Numbered from the stretch's first letter, positions 47,881 through 60,890 are shown. The stretch is DNA of 64,000 nucleotides from Chiloscyllium plagiosum (GCF_004010195.1 NC_057718.1:47683556-47747555); one strand, 5' to 3'. The notes: generated by a model from the sequence alone, not told the origin. Numbers and translations: made by a program.

Positions 47881-48149
47881 TAGATATACGAGGATGTATG
47901 GTCAGTGCAGCTTGTGATTTTGGATCTGAAGTAAATTAACAGTGATGAAAGTCATTGCACGTTTGTAGAGTGCAGCCGGTCAGGCCCAAGGCACCACATT
48001 TGATTCAGCTGTACATAGAATCACAACATAGATTGAATGAGCAATTCTAATGGGAGATTTGGCTTTTAGGCTAACAAGTGTTTCACTGACCACAATCCAA
48101 AAGTCAATGTAATATATTACCACCCTGCTGTCAGGAGTAAAGGAATACT

Positions 48150-49762
48150 GAGATACAGGCTACTCGACTAGGCGGGATTGAGGTTCACAAGGAAGCGGTA
48201 TTAGAAATCCTGCAGAGTGTGGAAATAGATAAGTCCCTGGGCTGGATGGGATTTATCCTAGGATCCTCTGGGAAACCAGGGAAGAGATTGCCGAGCCTTT
48301 GGCATTGATCTTTAAATCGTCATTGTCTACAGGAATAGTGCCAGAAGATTGGAGGATAGCAAATGTGGTTCCCATGTTCAAGAAGGGGAGCAGAGACAAT
48401 CCTGGTAATTATAGACCAGTGAGCCTTACTTCAGTTGTTGGTAAAGTGTTGGAAAAGGTTGTAAGAAATAGGATTATAATCATCTAGAAAAAGAATCATT
48501 TGATTAGGGATAGTCAGCACGGTTTTTGAAGGGTAGGTAGTGCCTCACAAACCTTAATGAGTTCTTTGAGAAGGTGACCAAACAGGTAGATGAGAGTAAA
48601 CCGGTTGACGTGGTGTATATGGATTTCAGCAAGGAGTTCAATAAGGTTCCACATAGTAAGTTATTGTACAAAATGCGGAGTATTGTGGGAGATATAGCAG
48701 TTTGGATCAAATATTGGCTTGCTGAAAGAAGACAGAGGGTGGTGGGTTGAAGGGAAATGTTCATCCTGGAGTCCAGTTACTCGTGGTGTGCCACAAGGGT
48801 CAGTGTTGTGTCCACGGCTGTTCGTCATTTTTATAAACGACCTGGATGAGGGCTTAGAAGGGTGGGTTTGTAAATTTGCAGACGACACCAAGATCGGTGG
48901 AGTTGTGGATAGTGACAAGGATGTTGTAGGTTACAAAGAGACACAGATAAGTTGCAGAGCTGGGCTGAGAGTTGGCAAATGGAGTTTAATGCGGACAAGT
49001 GTGAGGTGATTCACTTTGGTCGGAGTAACCGGAATGCAAAGTACTGGGCGAATGGTAGGATTCTTGGTCATGTAGATGAGCAGGGAGATGTCTGTGTCCA
49101 TGTACACAGATCCTTGAAAGTTGCCACCCAGGTTGACAGGGTTGTTAAGGCGGCATACAGTGTTTTAGCTTTTATTAATAGGGGGATCGAGTTCCGGAAC
49201 CATGAGGTTATGTGGCAGATGCACAAAACTCTGGTGCAGCCGCACTTGGAGTATTGTGTACAGTTCTGGTCACCGCATTATAAAGAGGATGTGGAAGCTT
49301 TGGAAAGGGTGCAGAGGAGATTTACTAGGATGTTGCCTGGTATGGAGGGACCTTACGAGGAAAGGCTGAGGGACTTGAGGCTATTTTTGTTAGAAAGAAG
49401 GTTGAGAGGTGACTTAATAGAGACATATAAGATAATCAGAGGGTTAGATAGCGTGGACAGGGAGAGCCTTTTTCCAAGTATGGTGACAGCGAGCACGAGG
49501 GGGCATAGCTTTAAATTGAGGGGTGATAGATAGAGGACAGATGTCAGAAGTAGTTTCTTTCCTCAGAGTAGTAAGGGTATGGAATGCTTTGCCTGCAACA
49601 GTCATCGATTCGCCAACTTTAAGCACATTTAAGTCATCATTGGACAAGCATATGGACATGCATGGAATAGTGTAGGTTAGATGGGCTTCAGATTGGTATG
49701 ACAGGTCGGCGCAACATCAAGGGCCGAAGGGCCTATACTGCGCTGTAATGTTCTATGTTCTA
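48150..49762 (+). mobile_element. Young 5'-truncated CR1/HER1-like LINE (RT), a few frameshifts
   Basis: [61 protein letters not shown]...[10 protein letters not shown]; 193-aa ORF 48952-49533. Confidence 0.95.
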
Positions 49763-51294
49763 AATGAATGGCTGCAAGCATCCCAAGGAGAGAGGGCAAA
49801 CAACTAGCAGTAATGGTCCACGGTGCTATCAACAGCATGGGTTATGTGGAAGGGATATGGTCCAGAAGTCAGAATTTATGGAGCTTAGTAGCAAATTAAT
49901 CAATAGACCTTAACAAGGAGCAACTCCGAATTATTTCTGGTGCCACTTGCAAGTATAGAAACAGGAGAATAATGCAGATGAATACATGGCTACAAAGATG
50001 GTGTAGCATGGTGAGCTTCCTGGGACAAGCTCTAGGACCAATGACTAATTTCCTCTTGGGTGATTTGCTAGCAATATTTGGGAGTGTTTAAACTAAATTG
50101 GCAAGAATGTGGGAACTAGGAAGCAATATTGAAGAAGAATATCAAAGTGCACAGACTACCTGGGTAAATATACAGTGTTAGAACAGGAAATACTAATCTA
50201 TTAAGTGGGTTCTGAGTAAGAGCAAAAATAGTGGTCTAAATCAGCTTGACTGTGCATATACGTGAATGCATGGAGTGTGTTACATGAGACTGTTGAGTTG
50301 CAGACCAATATAGCTACATGGAATGATATTATGGTAGCTGTAATGGAGATCTGGTTCAAAGAAGGGTAGAATTAGATGTTACATTTTCTTGGATGTGAGG
50401 TATTCAAGAAAGGTCAGCAAGGAAAGAGAGAGGGGTGTCAGTATGAATGAGGAGAACACTGGAGAGCGAGAATGTCCAAAAAAAGTCAAGGACATGATCT
50501 ACTTTGCTGTAACTAAGGAACAAAAAGGTGCAATTGCATTGCTTGGTATAGTGTACAGACTACCAACTAATAGGAAAATCCGAGCAGAAAACATTGGCAA
50601 GATAATTATACAGAAGAAGTGCAAGAATTAAATACTTACAATAGCAGAGTTGAATTACACAAATATAAACTGGAATAGTAGAGAGAGAGCAAAGAGTTTC
50701 TACAGTATTTTCAGAAGAATTTTTGATCAGAGAATGCTCCCAGTCCAACAGGAAAGGAGGCTTTGCTACACCTCTTTCTTCAAAATGAGAATAGCATTAC
50801 ATACTATGATCACTGTATCAACTACATCATAACATTAGATTGACTATGGAAAAGTCAAGGGAGAATCTAGGGCAAAAATAATTAACTTGGAAAAGCTAAC
50901 TTAATTAGGTAAAAAATACACCTGATTCAGATAAATTGGAATCAAAGCTGCCAAATAAATGCACGAAACAATGAGCTGCTTTTGAAGAGGAGATAGTTTG
51001 AGCACACTTGAAATACATTCCAGCAATGCATTTCAGGAATATTCCAGGAATAAAGACAAAGAAATCCAGAGCTCCCCGGATGGCAAAAGAAAAAAAGTGA
51101 TTCAGATGAATCAGGATAAGCATACTTCTGACCAATGTCAAGTTGATAAAGAGTACAGGTACTAGGCTGAACATAGAAGGTACAGAGGGGAACTGTAAAG
51201 TAAAAGCAGCTAACAAACAGAGCATCCAAAATCTACTGTATGCACTTAAGTAGTAAAAGAGTGATAAAAGCATAAGCTGTAAAGAGAAATGTGG

Positions 51295-51890
51295 GGCGAA
51301 GGTACATAGTTCCTTGAAAGGGGAATTGCAGGTAGACAGGATGATGAAGGCAGTGTTTGGCAGTCAGAGCATTGCGTACAGCAGTTGGTATATCATTTGG
51401 AGTACTGCTACAGGAAGGATGTTCTTAAAGTGGAAAGGGTACAAAAAAGATTTACAAAGATGTTACAGAGACTGGGAAGTTTGAATGAAAAGGAGAGGCT
51501 GGATCGGCTGGGACACTTTTTTTCCTGGAGTGTTGAGGACTGAGGGGTGACCTTATAAAGATGTATAAAATCATGAGGAGCATGGATAGGATGAAGAGCC
51601 AATGTCTTTTCCCAAGGGTAAGGGAGTCCAAACCTAGACAGCATATGTTTTAAGCTGAGAGTGGAGAAATTTAAAAGGAACCCGAGAGGCAGGTTTTTCC
51701 ACACAGGGTGGTGTGCATATGGAATGAGCTGCCAGTGAAAGTGGATTTTCAATTACATCATTGAAAAGACATTTGGACAGTTACATGGATACATGGGCCA
51801 AACACAGGCAAATGGGATTAGTTCATTTCGGAAAGCTGGTCAGCATGCACAAGTTGGACTGAAGGGCCTGTTTCTGTGCTGTATGACTCT
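51295..51890 (+). mobile_element. HER1-like 3' fragment
   Basis: Homologous to the other HER1 3' ends. Confidence 0.8.
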
Positions 51891-52599
51891 GTTAGTCTAA
51901 CAAAGAACCAAAAAGAATATTTACACATGTAGCGTGTTTGAGAAATTAAAGAGATTTGAAATATACTTAGCACTTGCCTTCACAAGGAAGAATACGCTGT
52001 CTAGGTCACAGGCAGAGGAGGTAGTTCACACGCTTCAGTGGTTTAAACCTGATAGTCTAAGACAAGGAGTGATATTAGGTACAATATTAACATGACACCA
52101 GGACTGGGTGTAATGCATTCAACAACATGGAGGAAGGTTAGAGTGAAAATTATGGTAGTATTGAACATGATTTTCCAATCTTTCATAAACTCGCTGGAGA
52201 GGTTACATACAATAGGATTGGAGAATTGCAAATATTGCAACCTTTTCTGAACAAGGGTGTAAATACAAGACCAGCAATTACAGGCTACACAATTTAACCT
52301 CAGTGGTGGGGTACAAGGCTCAAAATAGACAAGTGCATGCTCATAATCTTCTAAAGCTCCCAAATGCCCTGGAAAATATCATTACGGGTGCAACCATGGC
52401 TGTGGGGAAGATGGAGATGGCAGCAAAAAGGGAAGGGAAAAGAGCAAACTGCAAGGCAGAGAGCAGCAGCAGGACTCTAGCTGAAGACGACAAATGTTCA
52501 GGAGTTAGAACATGACAAAAAATGCAGTGAGCGCGACTGTAATGAAGAGTGTGTTTCTCGAATTACATTGAGGTTGAGGTCTTAAATGCAGTAATAATC

Positions 52600-52870
52600 G
52601 TGGTTAAAAATCTTCCAGCTTTGCACATAGGCAACAGAATTGCATTTGTATGACCTCATTAGTGTGCAGAAGTTATGTTTAGGATGCTGGTTGTGTGTGT
52701 AGAAGTAGGTGCTTATTTCTTAGAAAAAAATCATTTGTTGTTCACTTACATTTGTGGTCTTGTGTCAATTTAAGTACAGTGGTGTCCAGGAAATTAATGC
52801 ATTCCACAACTGCTGTGGTTTTAGGTCAAATGAACTGTTGATAATTGTTGAGATTATTGATGAACATTGA
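52600..52870 (-). mobile_element. Degenerate Penelope-like RT C-terminal relic
   Basis: FINNLNNYQQFI*PKTTAVVECINFLDTTVLK...(frameshift)HPKHNFCTLMRS resembles the PLE RT FLD motif and the S.HP thumb motif. Confidence 0.6.
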
Positions 52871-54084
52871 TTGAACAGTCTGTGAACTGACCCATTGATT
52901 GTCTGCCTGATCAAAGGCTGCATAAAATTCAGCATAACTGTGCATAATAGATTTAATCTGCATTGCTTTGAAACCCATTGAGTTTATAACAAAATAATTT
53001 AAATACTCTTATTCCCATTCATTCCACAACATTATGTTTTCATTACTTAGCTGTGATAACAAGACGATTCTTCAACATCACTAAAACTAAATCAGAATTT
53101 TTTAAAAATTCTGTTATGATTAGTTCATTTGAGCAGAAAATGAAATCTAACTATAGGCAGTCTTGGGGACACTCTAATACAGGTTTTTCAGTAGGCAGCT
53201 TGCAAGCCAGGATATGGGCATCTAAAGGGTCCTGTGCAGCATGCCAGGCCATTGTTTGACATAAATCTTAGTAGGTTTTGTAAGGAACTCACCAGTGAAC
53301 CCCCAAATGCAACAGAGAAAGTGTGTTTCATTGGAACAACAGCAAACAAAGGATGGAATTGGTTTAATGGAGCCTGAGGTCTGAAGCCAAATCAATGAGT
53401 GAGTGAGAGGGTTTCAATTATACATTGTCTTGAAGAGGAGACTGAGAGTTGGCTTGAATGGGGGGAGCACATTGAGTAAGCACTAGAACACGGGGGAGTG
53501 AGTCAGGCAATGGTGGGGAAGGTAACAGGTTAACAGTCACCTGTGATTGAGGGCGAAAAAATCAGGTTGTCAACGGTAGGAGAAGGGTTAGCTTCAGGCC
53601 TTTGATTAGGAGTGGCCATGCAGTGAATGAATACCGGTCTGTAGGAGAAAGAATGCAATTTCCTTTTCCAGAAATTGTTTTACTTCCCCAAATACTTTTA
53701 GGACTGAACATCTTTTCATGACCACATTCAGTTTGCCTGCAGCATTGGTGATTAGCTGATTGGAAGGTCCTGAATAAATTGCCAATCAAATTCCAGGGAC
53801 ATCTCCCTTCATAACCATTGATCTTTCTCCTCGAAGATATTAATTAACAAACCTCTCAAAGCTGGAAAGTAACTAGAGTGGTGGGTGAGGGAAGTGGATT
53901 GGGCTGAACACATCAAACCAACCCCACCTCCACCTTTATTAAAATTTTGAGAGTACCCAGAGGTGAACAGAGATCAGTGTCAGTTAAACTCAACTCCTTT
54001 GACGGATTCCTCCTGCTTTCTAGTGACTAGGACTTGGGAATCAGTCATTTTCCCTATCTAGCTTTGCTTATAAAACTAAAAGGG

Positions 54085-54358
54085 AAGACCACCTGATGAA
54101 GGAGCAGTGCTTCCAATTAAATCTGTTGGACTGTTGGACTATAACTGGAGTTGTATGCTTTTTAAACTTTGTACACCCCAGGTAAAAACAATGACTGCAG
54201 ATGCTGGAAACCAGATTCTGGATCAGTGGTGCTGGAAGGGCACAGCAGTTCAGGCAGCATCCGAGGAGCAGTAAAATCGACGTTTCGGGCAAAAGCCCTC
54301 TTTATTCCTGATGAAGGGTTTTTGCCCGAAACGTCGATTTTACTGGCATCTCCAAATC
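54085..54358. mobile_element. Nested PLE terminal repeats: foldback (54181-54345) inside a different CTGATGA-bearing repeat
   Basis: 54181-54299 is nearly identical to 44281-44399. The inverted partial copy holds a hammerhead core at 54308-54335. The host repeat begins ccacCTGATGAaggagc. Confidence 0.7.
54308..54335 (+). ncRNA. Minimal hammerhead ribozyme-like core
   Basis: CTGATGA-A-GGGT-TTTT-GCCC-GAAA-CGTC (U-G pair in stem II). Confidence 0.65.
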
Positions 54359-57300
54359 AAAAAGGGAAGAAATAGTCTTTATTAGTTAGATCTGCAACTT
54401 GGCACTTCTGAATAGCCATTTTTATGCAATACTCATTTAAATGATCAACATATTTGAATTATTTTTCCCCCTCCTGAAATATTCACTGGTGTGGCAAAGC
54501 TCAACTTTGTAAAATTTGCTCATGGTCCACAGAATGAGAGAAACAATTTAACTAAAGTAGGAAAGTGAAGGTGATTGCCCTTGACATCACGAGAGCATCT
54601 GACTCAATATGGCATCATGGAGCCCTAACAAAACTGGAGTCAATGGGAACCTGGGTAAAACCTTCCACTGGCTGCAGTCATACCCAGTACAAAGGAAGAG
54701 GAGTGTGAGTGGGAGGTCAATTGTCTCAGCCACAGAACATTTCTGCAAAGGTTCCTATTACAAAGGTAGCTATTCTTAAATCAACCTGTGCAGAGCATGT
54801 GGAACTTGAACCAAGGCTCAAAGATAGGTGCCATAAGAGTCCCTAGTTCCTCATGGAAGTGTCCTAGCTCCAATCAGCTTTAATTGCTTCATTAATTCCT
54901 TTCCCTCCATTACAAGGTCTGAAGCAGGAATGGACACTGATGACTGCACAATGTCCAACACCACTTTAATTTCTCAGATATTTAAGCAGTTCAACAGCAG
55001 GAATACCTGGACAAATTCTGGCTTAGGCTTCTAAGAACATAAGAACAAGGAGCAAGAGTAGGCCGTCCAGCACTACGAGCCTGCTCTGCCACTCAATAAG
55101 ACTCATCTCCGGTTACCCATGTTTTCACTATAACCCTTAATTCCTTTATTTTTCAAAAAAGTGTCTACCTTAGCTTTAAGAGCGATTACTGAAGTAGCAT
55201 CAACTAATTCCCTGGGCAAGGAATTCCACAGATTAACAAACCGCGCGGGGGGGGGGGGGAGAATTTCCTTCTCAGTTCAGTTCTAAACCTGCTTCCTCTC
55301 ATCTGGAGGTATGCCCTCTTGACCTGGTTTCACCTACCAGTGGAAACATCCTATTCATTTCTATTTTATCAATTCCCTTTGTAATTTTCTATGTTTCTAT
55401 AAGATCCCCCTGTCATTCTGAATTCCAATGAATATAATCCCAATCTACTCAGCCTCTCCTCATAAACCAACCCCCTCAACTCTGGAATCAACGTAGTGAA
55501 CCTCCTCTATACCCCGTCCAGTGCCAGTACATCCTTTCTTAAGTCAGGAGATCAAATCTGCACACAGCACTCCATGTGTGGCCCCACCAGCACTTTGTAC
55601 AGCTGTAATATTACCTCTCTCTTTTAAAATTCAACTCCTTTAGCAATGAGGGACAAAATTCCATTTGCTTCCTAATTGCTTGTTGCACCTGTAGACCAAC
55701 CTTCTGCAATTCTGCACAAGGACAGCTAGATCATCAGCATGCTGCAACCTTTTAATCATTCAAGTACCAATCTATTTTGCTGTTACACCTATCAAGATGT
55801 ATGACTTCACGTTTACTACCATTGTATTCCATCTGCCAGACCTATGCCCACGCACTCAATGTATCTATTTCCCACGGCAAAGTTTCAGTCCTCTGCACAC
55901 TTTGCTCTGCTACTCAACTTAGTGTCATCGGCAGATTTTGACACAATACACGTGGTCCCCAACTCCAAATCATCTGTATAAGTAATTGTGGTCACAACGC
56001 CGATCCCTAAGGCACACCAGTCACTGACTGCCCGCCAGAATAGCACTCATTTATCCCCAGTCTTCACTTCATGACAGTCAACCAATCATCTATCCACACT
56101 AATACTCGACCCCTAAAACCATGCATCCTTATCTTATGTAGCAGCTTCATGTGCAGCACTTTGTCAAAGGCCTTTTGGAAATCTAGGCACACAACATCCA
56201 TTGGGTCCCCATTGTCCACCTTGCTTTAAATGTCTTCATAGAATTTCAAAAAGATTTGTGAAGCATGACCTGCTCTTCATGTCCCACTATATAGTCGCAG
56301 TATGGGTTCAATTTCTTTCAAGATGCCCCGCTATTTCTTCTTTGATAATAGACTCAAGCATCTTCCCCACTGCAGAGGTTAAGCTCACTGGTCTATAATT
56401 CCCCATCTTTTGTCTACTTCACTTTTTAAATGGTGGTGCCAAATTTGCTATTTTTAATCTGCTGGGACTGCCCCGGAGTCCAGTGGATTTTGGAAAATTA
56501 CTGTTAGTCCACCTGCTATTTCTCCTGCCATCTCTTTTAGTACAGTGGGATGCATTCCATCAGGGCCAGAAGACTTATTTATCCTTAGCTCCATGAGCTT
56601 ACCCAACACTAGCTCTTCTATAATAATAATTGTTTCCAGGTCCTCACCTACCTTCATCTCTTCGTAACTTACTGGGATATTATCATCCTCCGCTGTGGAG
56701 ACTGATGCAAAGTACCTGTTCAATGCCTCAGCCATTTCATCATACCCCATCACTAACTTGCCCCTTCTCATCCTCTAAAGAATGAACATTTAATTTAGCC
56801 ACTCTTCTTCATTTTATATATTTATAGAAACTTTTGCTATCTGTCTTTATATTCCCAACGTTCTAGATTCCTGCTGTTTTTGGCCACTTTGTATGCCTTC
56901 TCTTTCACTTTGATAGCCTGCCTTATTTCCTTCGGCACTCGTGGCAGATTACTCCTCCTCCTCCTCACTGGAAGGTACTTGTGCTGAGCACTTTGAAAAA
57001 TTTCTTTGAAGGTCCTCCACTGCTCATCAACCGTCACATCATAAAGTCTCTGTTTCCAGTCTACTTTAGCCAGGTCCCCCCTCATTCTATCATAGTCCCC
57101 TTTATTCAAGCACAGGACCCTGGTATTGGATTTTATCTCCACACTACCCAGCTGATTTTAAATTCAACCATACTGTGATCACTCCTTCCAAGAGGATCCC
57201 CGACTATGAAGTCATTAATTATTCCAGTCTCATTACATAGGAGCAGATCTAGGATAGCTTGCTTCCTCATTGGTTCCATTACATGCTATTCAAGAAAACT

Positions 57301-58624
57301 ACTACAGATACACTCAACAAACTCTTCCTCAAGGATACCCTAACCAAGCTGGTGCGACCAAGCTACATGCAGATTAAAATCCCTCATGATAATAGCCATA
57401 CCATTTTTGCAAGCATTAGTTATTTCCTTATTTATTGCCCAGCCCAATGTGATGTTATTATTTGGTGACTTATAGACTAAGCATATCAATGACTTTTTCT
57501 TCTTGGAATTCCTAATTTCCATCCAAATGGATTCAACCTCATGCTCCATAGAACGTATACCATCTCTCAGCACCGCTCTGAATATCAGAGCTACACCACC
57601 TCCCTTGCAGTCCTGTCTGTCCTTCCGAATAATCTGATACCTCTAGATATTTAATTCCCAGTCATGACCATTCTGCAACCATTTTTCCATGAAGGCTACA
57701 AAATCATATTCGTTCAAGATGCTTTGTGCTGTTTACTCATCAACCTTGTTAAGAATGCATTCAGGTAAAATACCTTTCGGCTAGCCTTCTTACCATATGA
57801 TTCATAACATCTAATATCTCCTAAGTTATCCTTCATTTTTGCTTCTTTCACAGTTTGCCTTGAACTTAAACCCTCCTGCATACAAGCTAACCTGCTGGTT
57901 ACCTTTTCATTTATCACCACACTTCCTGTTGCTTTCCCTTTCCCTTTGCCCCGACTCGTTTAAAGTCCTAATGACCACCCTATTTATCCTTTTCGTGAGA
58001 ACACTGGTTCCAGATTGGTTCAGGTAGATACTGTCCCATCAGTACAGATTCCCCCTAGCTGCAAAACTGATGCCAATGCCCCATGAAATGGAAACTCTTT
58101 TTCTCACACCATTCCCTTTGCCATGTATTTACTTCCCTAATTTTCTTGTTCCTAAGACAATTTGCATGTGGCTCGGGCAGTAATCCAGATATTATGATTA
58201 TTGAGGACCTGTTCCTTAATTTCATTCCTCGTGCTTGATAATACCCAAACAGGTCCTCCATCCTACCCTTGCCTATGTTGTGAGTCGACCACAACAACTA
58301 GCTCCTCCCCCACCCGCTCCAGTATCCTTTCAAGCAGGTCAGAGATGTCCTGCATCCTGGCACCGGACAGGCAACATACTATGCGGGACTCCCTACCTGG
58401 ATTGCAAATGATACTATCTGTTCCCCTTATTATAGAATCCCCTATAACTCCCACTTGTCTTTTTGCTCCCCCTGTCTTGAATCGCCTTCTGCACTATGGT
58501 GTCATGGTTAGTTGGCTCATCCTCCTCACAGGAGAAAGTGAGGTCTGCAGATGCTGGAGATCAGAGATGGAAATGTGTTGCTGGAAAAGCGCAGGTCAGG
58601 CGGCATCTAGGGAACAGGAGAATC

Positions 58625-58652
58625 GACGTTTCGGGCATTAGCCCTTCTTCAG
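58625..58652 (-). ncRNA. Minimal hammerhead ribozyme-like core
   Basis: Reverse complement CTGAAGA-A-GGGC-TAAT-GCCC-GAAA-CGTC. Confidence 0.7.
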
Positions 58653-58656
58653 GAAT

Positions 58657-58684
58657 CTGAAGAAGGGCTAATGCCCGAAACGTC
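58657..58684 (+). ncRNA. Minimal hammerhead ribozyme-like core
   Basis: CTGAAGA-A-GGGC-TAAT-GCCC-GAAA-CGTC. Confidence 0.7.
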
Positions 58685-60890
58685 GATTCTCCTGTTCTCT
58701 AGATGCTGCCTGACCTGCTGCGCTTTTCCAGCAACACATTTCCAGCTCATCCTCCTCACAGCCCTTTTCCTAATCCATAAAGGGAGCAAGAATCTCATAC
58801 CTGTTGGATAAAGGTCAAAAGCTGAGGCTCTTGTACTCCTGAACTCAGGATCCCCCTACCCACCTCACTTACAATCACACCCTGTTGTCCCTCATCACTA
58901 ACTGAATTTGAATTACTTAATCTACCAGGTGGGACTGCCTCCTGAAACAAAGCGTCCAGGTAACTCTCCCTCTACTAGATGTGCCAGTATTTGAAGCTCA
59001 GATTCCAGATCATCAACTCTCAGTCGGAGTTCTTCCAGCAACCAACGCTTGCTGCAGATGCAATCACTGCCATTCACAATGGGATCAGCAGCCCCCACAC
59101 ATACAGCTACAGCACGTCACCGACCAGCCATCTCCACCTAGTTAATTAATACATACAAATTTGAGTTTAATAATTTCTAGTACTTTGCTATGGTCTTATT
59201 CAATTAACCAATTAACAGAAGATTAAACAAAGTAAATTTTTAACCAACCAACTTACCTTATCAACCCACCACAGAGTCCTTTCTTTGTGGTTAGAGGAGG
59301 GCAGGTGGGAGACACGACACGTCTCGGGTTCAGCCGCTGCCCAAATATATTGCCAGCAGCCCTCGCCCCCCTCCGGTGTTCACCTCTGCCTCTGCTCCTG
59401 TAAAATGGTAGGTCCCAATGCTAGAGATAACCATCAAGTAACATTCATACCATACAAGTGCCAGGCAAAGACAAAGACAAAGATAATCTCTAACAAGACA
59501 ATTTAACTATGGCCCTGTTATTCAATAGCATTTCAATTGCTGAATTCACTCCCACTACCAACTCCTACAATTTACCATCAACTAGAAACTAAATTGGACC
59601 AGCCATATAAATACAGTGGCTGGAAGTACAGGTCAGAGGTTGAGAATTCTGGACTTTTCAAATCCAGTCCACCATTTACAAGGCATACGTCAGGAGTGAG
59701 ATGCAGTACTTTTCACTTGCCTGAAACAGATTGAATTCCAACAACACATAAGGTACTAAACACTATCTACAACAAAGCAACCCACTTGACTGGCACTCCA
59801 TTTAACATCTTCAACATTTACTCTTTTCACCAGACTCCATAACAACCGTGTGCAATACTCTGCAACAACTCTCAAACATTCCTGAGACCTTCCAAATGTA
59901 TAATCTCAAAGAAAATGGCAGCAGATGCATGGGATCACCACAAACTGCAAGTAACCCTTTATGCCACACACCATCCTGACTTGAAACTATATCACTGTTG
60001 TGACTATAACTGCTCAAGGCAGCAGCTGACCACCACCTTCTGAAGGGCAATTAGGGACGAACAATCAATGCTAGCCCAACTAGTGATGCCCACTTTTGCG
60101 ATTTTTTTTTAAAAAATCCTCTTGAAAACTTCACCACAGCATCTGCCAATCCATTTTTGTACATTTGAACGAAGTTGTGTGTTAATTATGACAAGAACAG
60201 GAAGAACAAATTCCAACACCCATTCAATGTTTTACAGCAAAACTATTTAAGGCAGTGCTGGATTAAATTTTCAAACTTTGCATAATAGCAATCATGAATT
60301 ATACTGATCTCTTCCATCTTCCCTTATGAATAATCCAAAAAAAAAGCATAATCCTCTGAAAAATGACAATTCTCATTACACTTGTAAGAATATCTGAACA
60401 CAAGTCTACTTAAAAATTAATAATTATGTGCTGCTAAGAGTCAACCAGCTAGTGAGGACTTCATTAAGAACTCCGTAGACTTTGAAAGACATTTTACTTG
60501 GAGAATTTACTGCCTGCGTACCCCCCTTAAGATTGTCTTCAACAAAATAATAAAATTTTAGGCAAAGTTGACAAAACTAACTGGTCAGCATGGACAAGTT
60601 GAACTGAAGAATCAGTTTCCAGCATTCTGAACTTATATTGCAGCAAAACTGTGGTTACTGCAAATAAACTAAATTGCTTTTATGCTGACAGTCACTACGT
60701 CATGCATGCTACTAGACTATAAAATTAACCCACAACTACTTGCATTGGCAATCTCACAACCTGCCCACCACATTAGGGTTAAAGTTGAGTCCATTTTAAT
60801 TAGTAAGATATACATAGAAACTGTGAAACACTGCAAGCTGTCAGTAAATTGTGACAGAATTCTGTCAGTTGCAGATTTTTTCAGATTGTA

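Larger units (their letters stand above)
47890..52330 (+). mobile_element. Old CR1 with ORF1 and EN relics, interrupted by younger LINEs at 48150-49762 and 51295-51890
   Basis: Decayed ORF1 (gcaattctaatgggagat; gtaatggtccacggtg) and EN (GAIALLGIVYRLP; NYTNINW). Confidence 0.6.
58532..58744. mobile_element. Penelope-like terminal-repeat foldback insertion
   Basis: Arms about 58568-58652 / 58657-58744 with a 4-nt loop. 17-bp direct repeat GCTCATCCTCCTCACAG (58515-58531, 58745-58761). Confidence 0.85.
55033..59395 (-). mobile_element. Near-full-length CR1 LINE (about 4.3 kb): SGNH/GDSL-esterase-type ORF1 and EN-RT ORF2, disabled
   Basis: ORF1 GVIGDSIIRGTDSIIC...RIVCCLSGARMQDISDLLERIL and IIISGLLPEP. 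EN VESIWMEIRN...IMRDFNLHVAW. RT KSSGPDGMHPTVLKE. Short-repeat tail (ttcttatg) at 55033. Confidence 0.9.
54560..60090 (+). mobile_element. Ancient CR1-like LINE (54560-55030 and 59415-60090) split by a near-full-length CR1
   Basis: VIALDITRASDSIWHHGALTKLESMG; reading continues across the insertion; 3' tail cagctgaccaccaccttctgaagggcaattaggg...gatgcccac. Confidence 0.75.

Noticed and set aside
48952..49533. 193-aa ORF as a host gene
   Set aside because: It is the C-terminal part of CR1 ORF2 in a truncated, frameshifted copy.
53170..53950. Possible non-autonomous DNA element (similar in character to about 36050-36600)
   Set aside because: No clear TIR or TSD could be read, so no family call is supportable.
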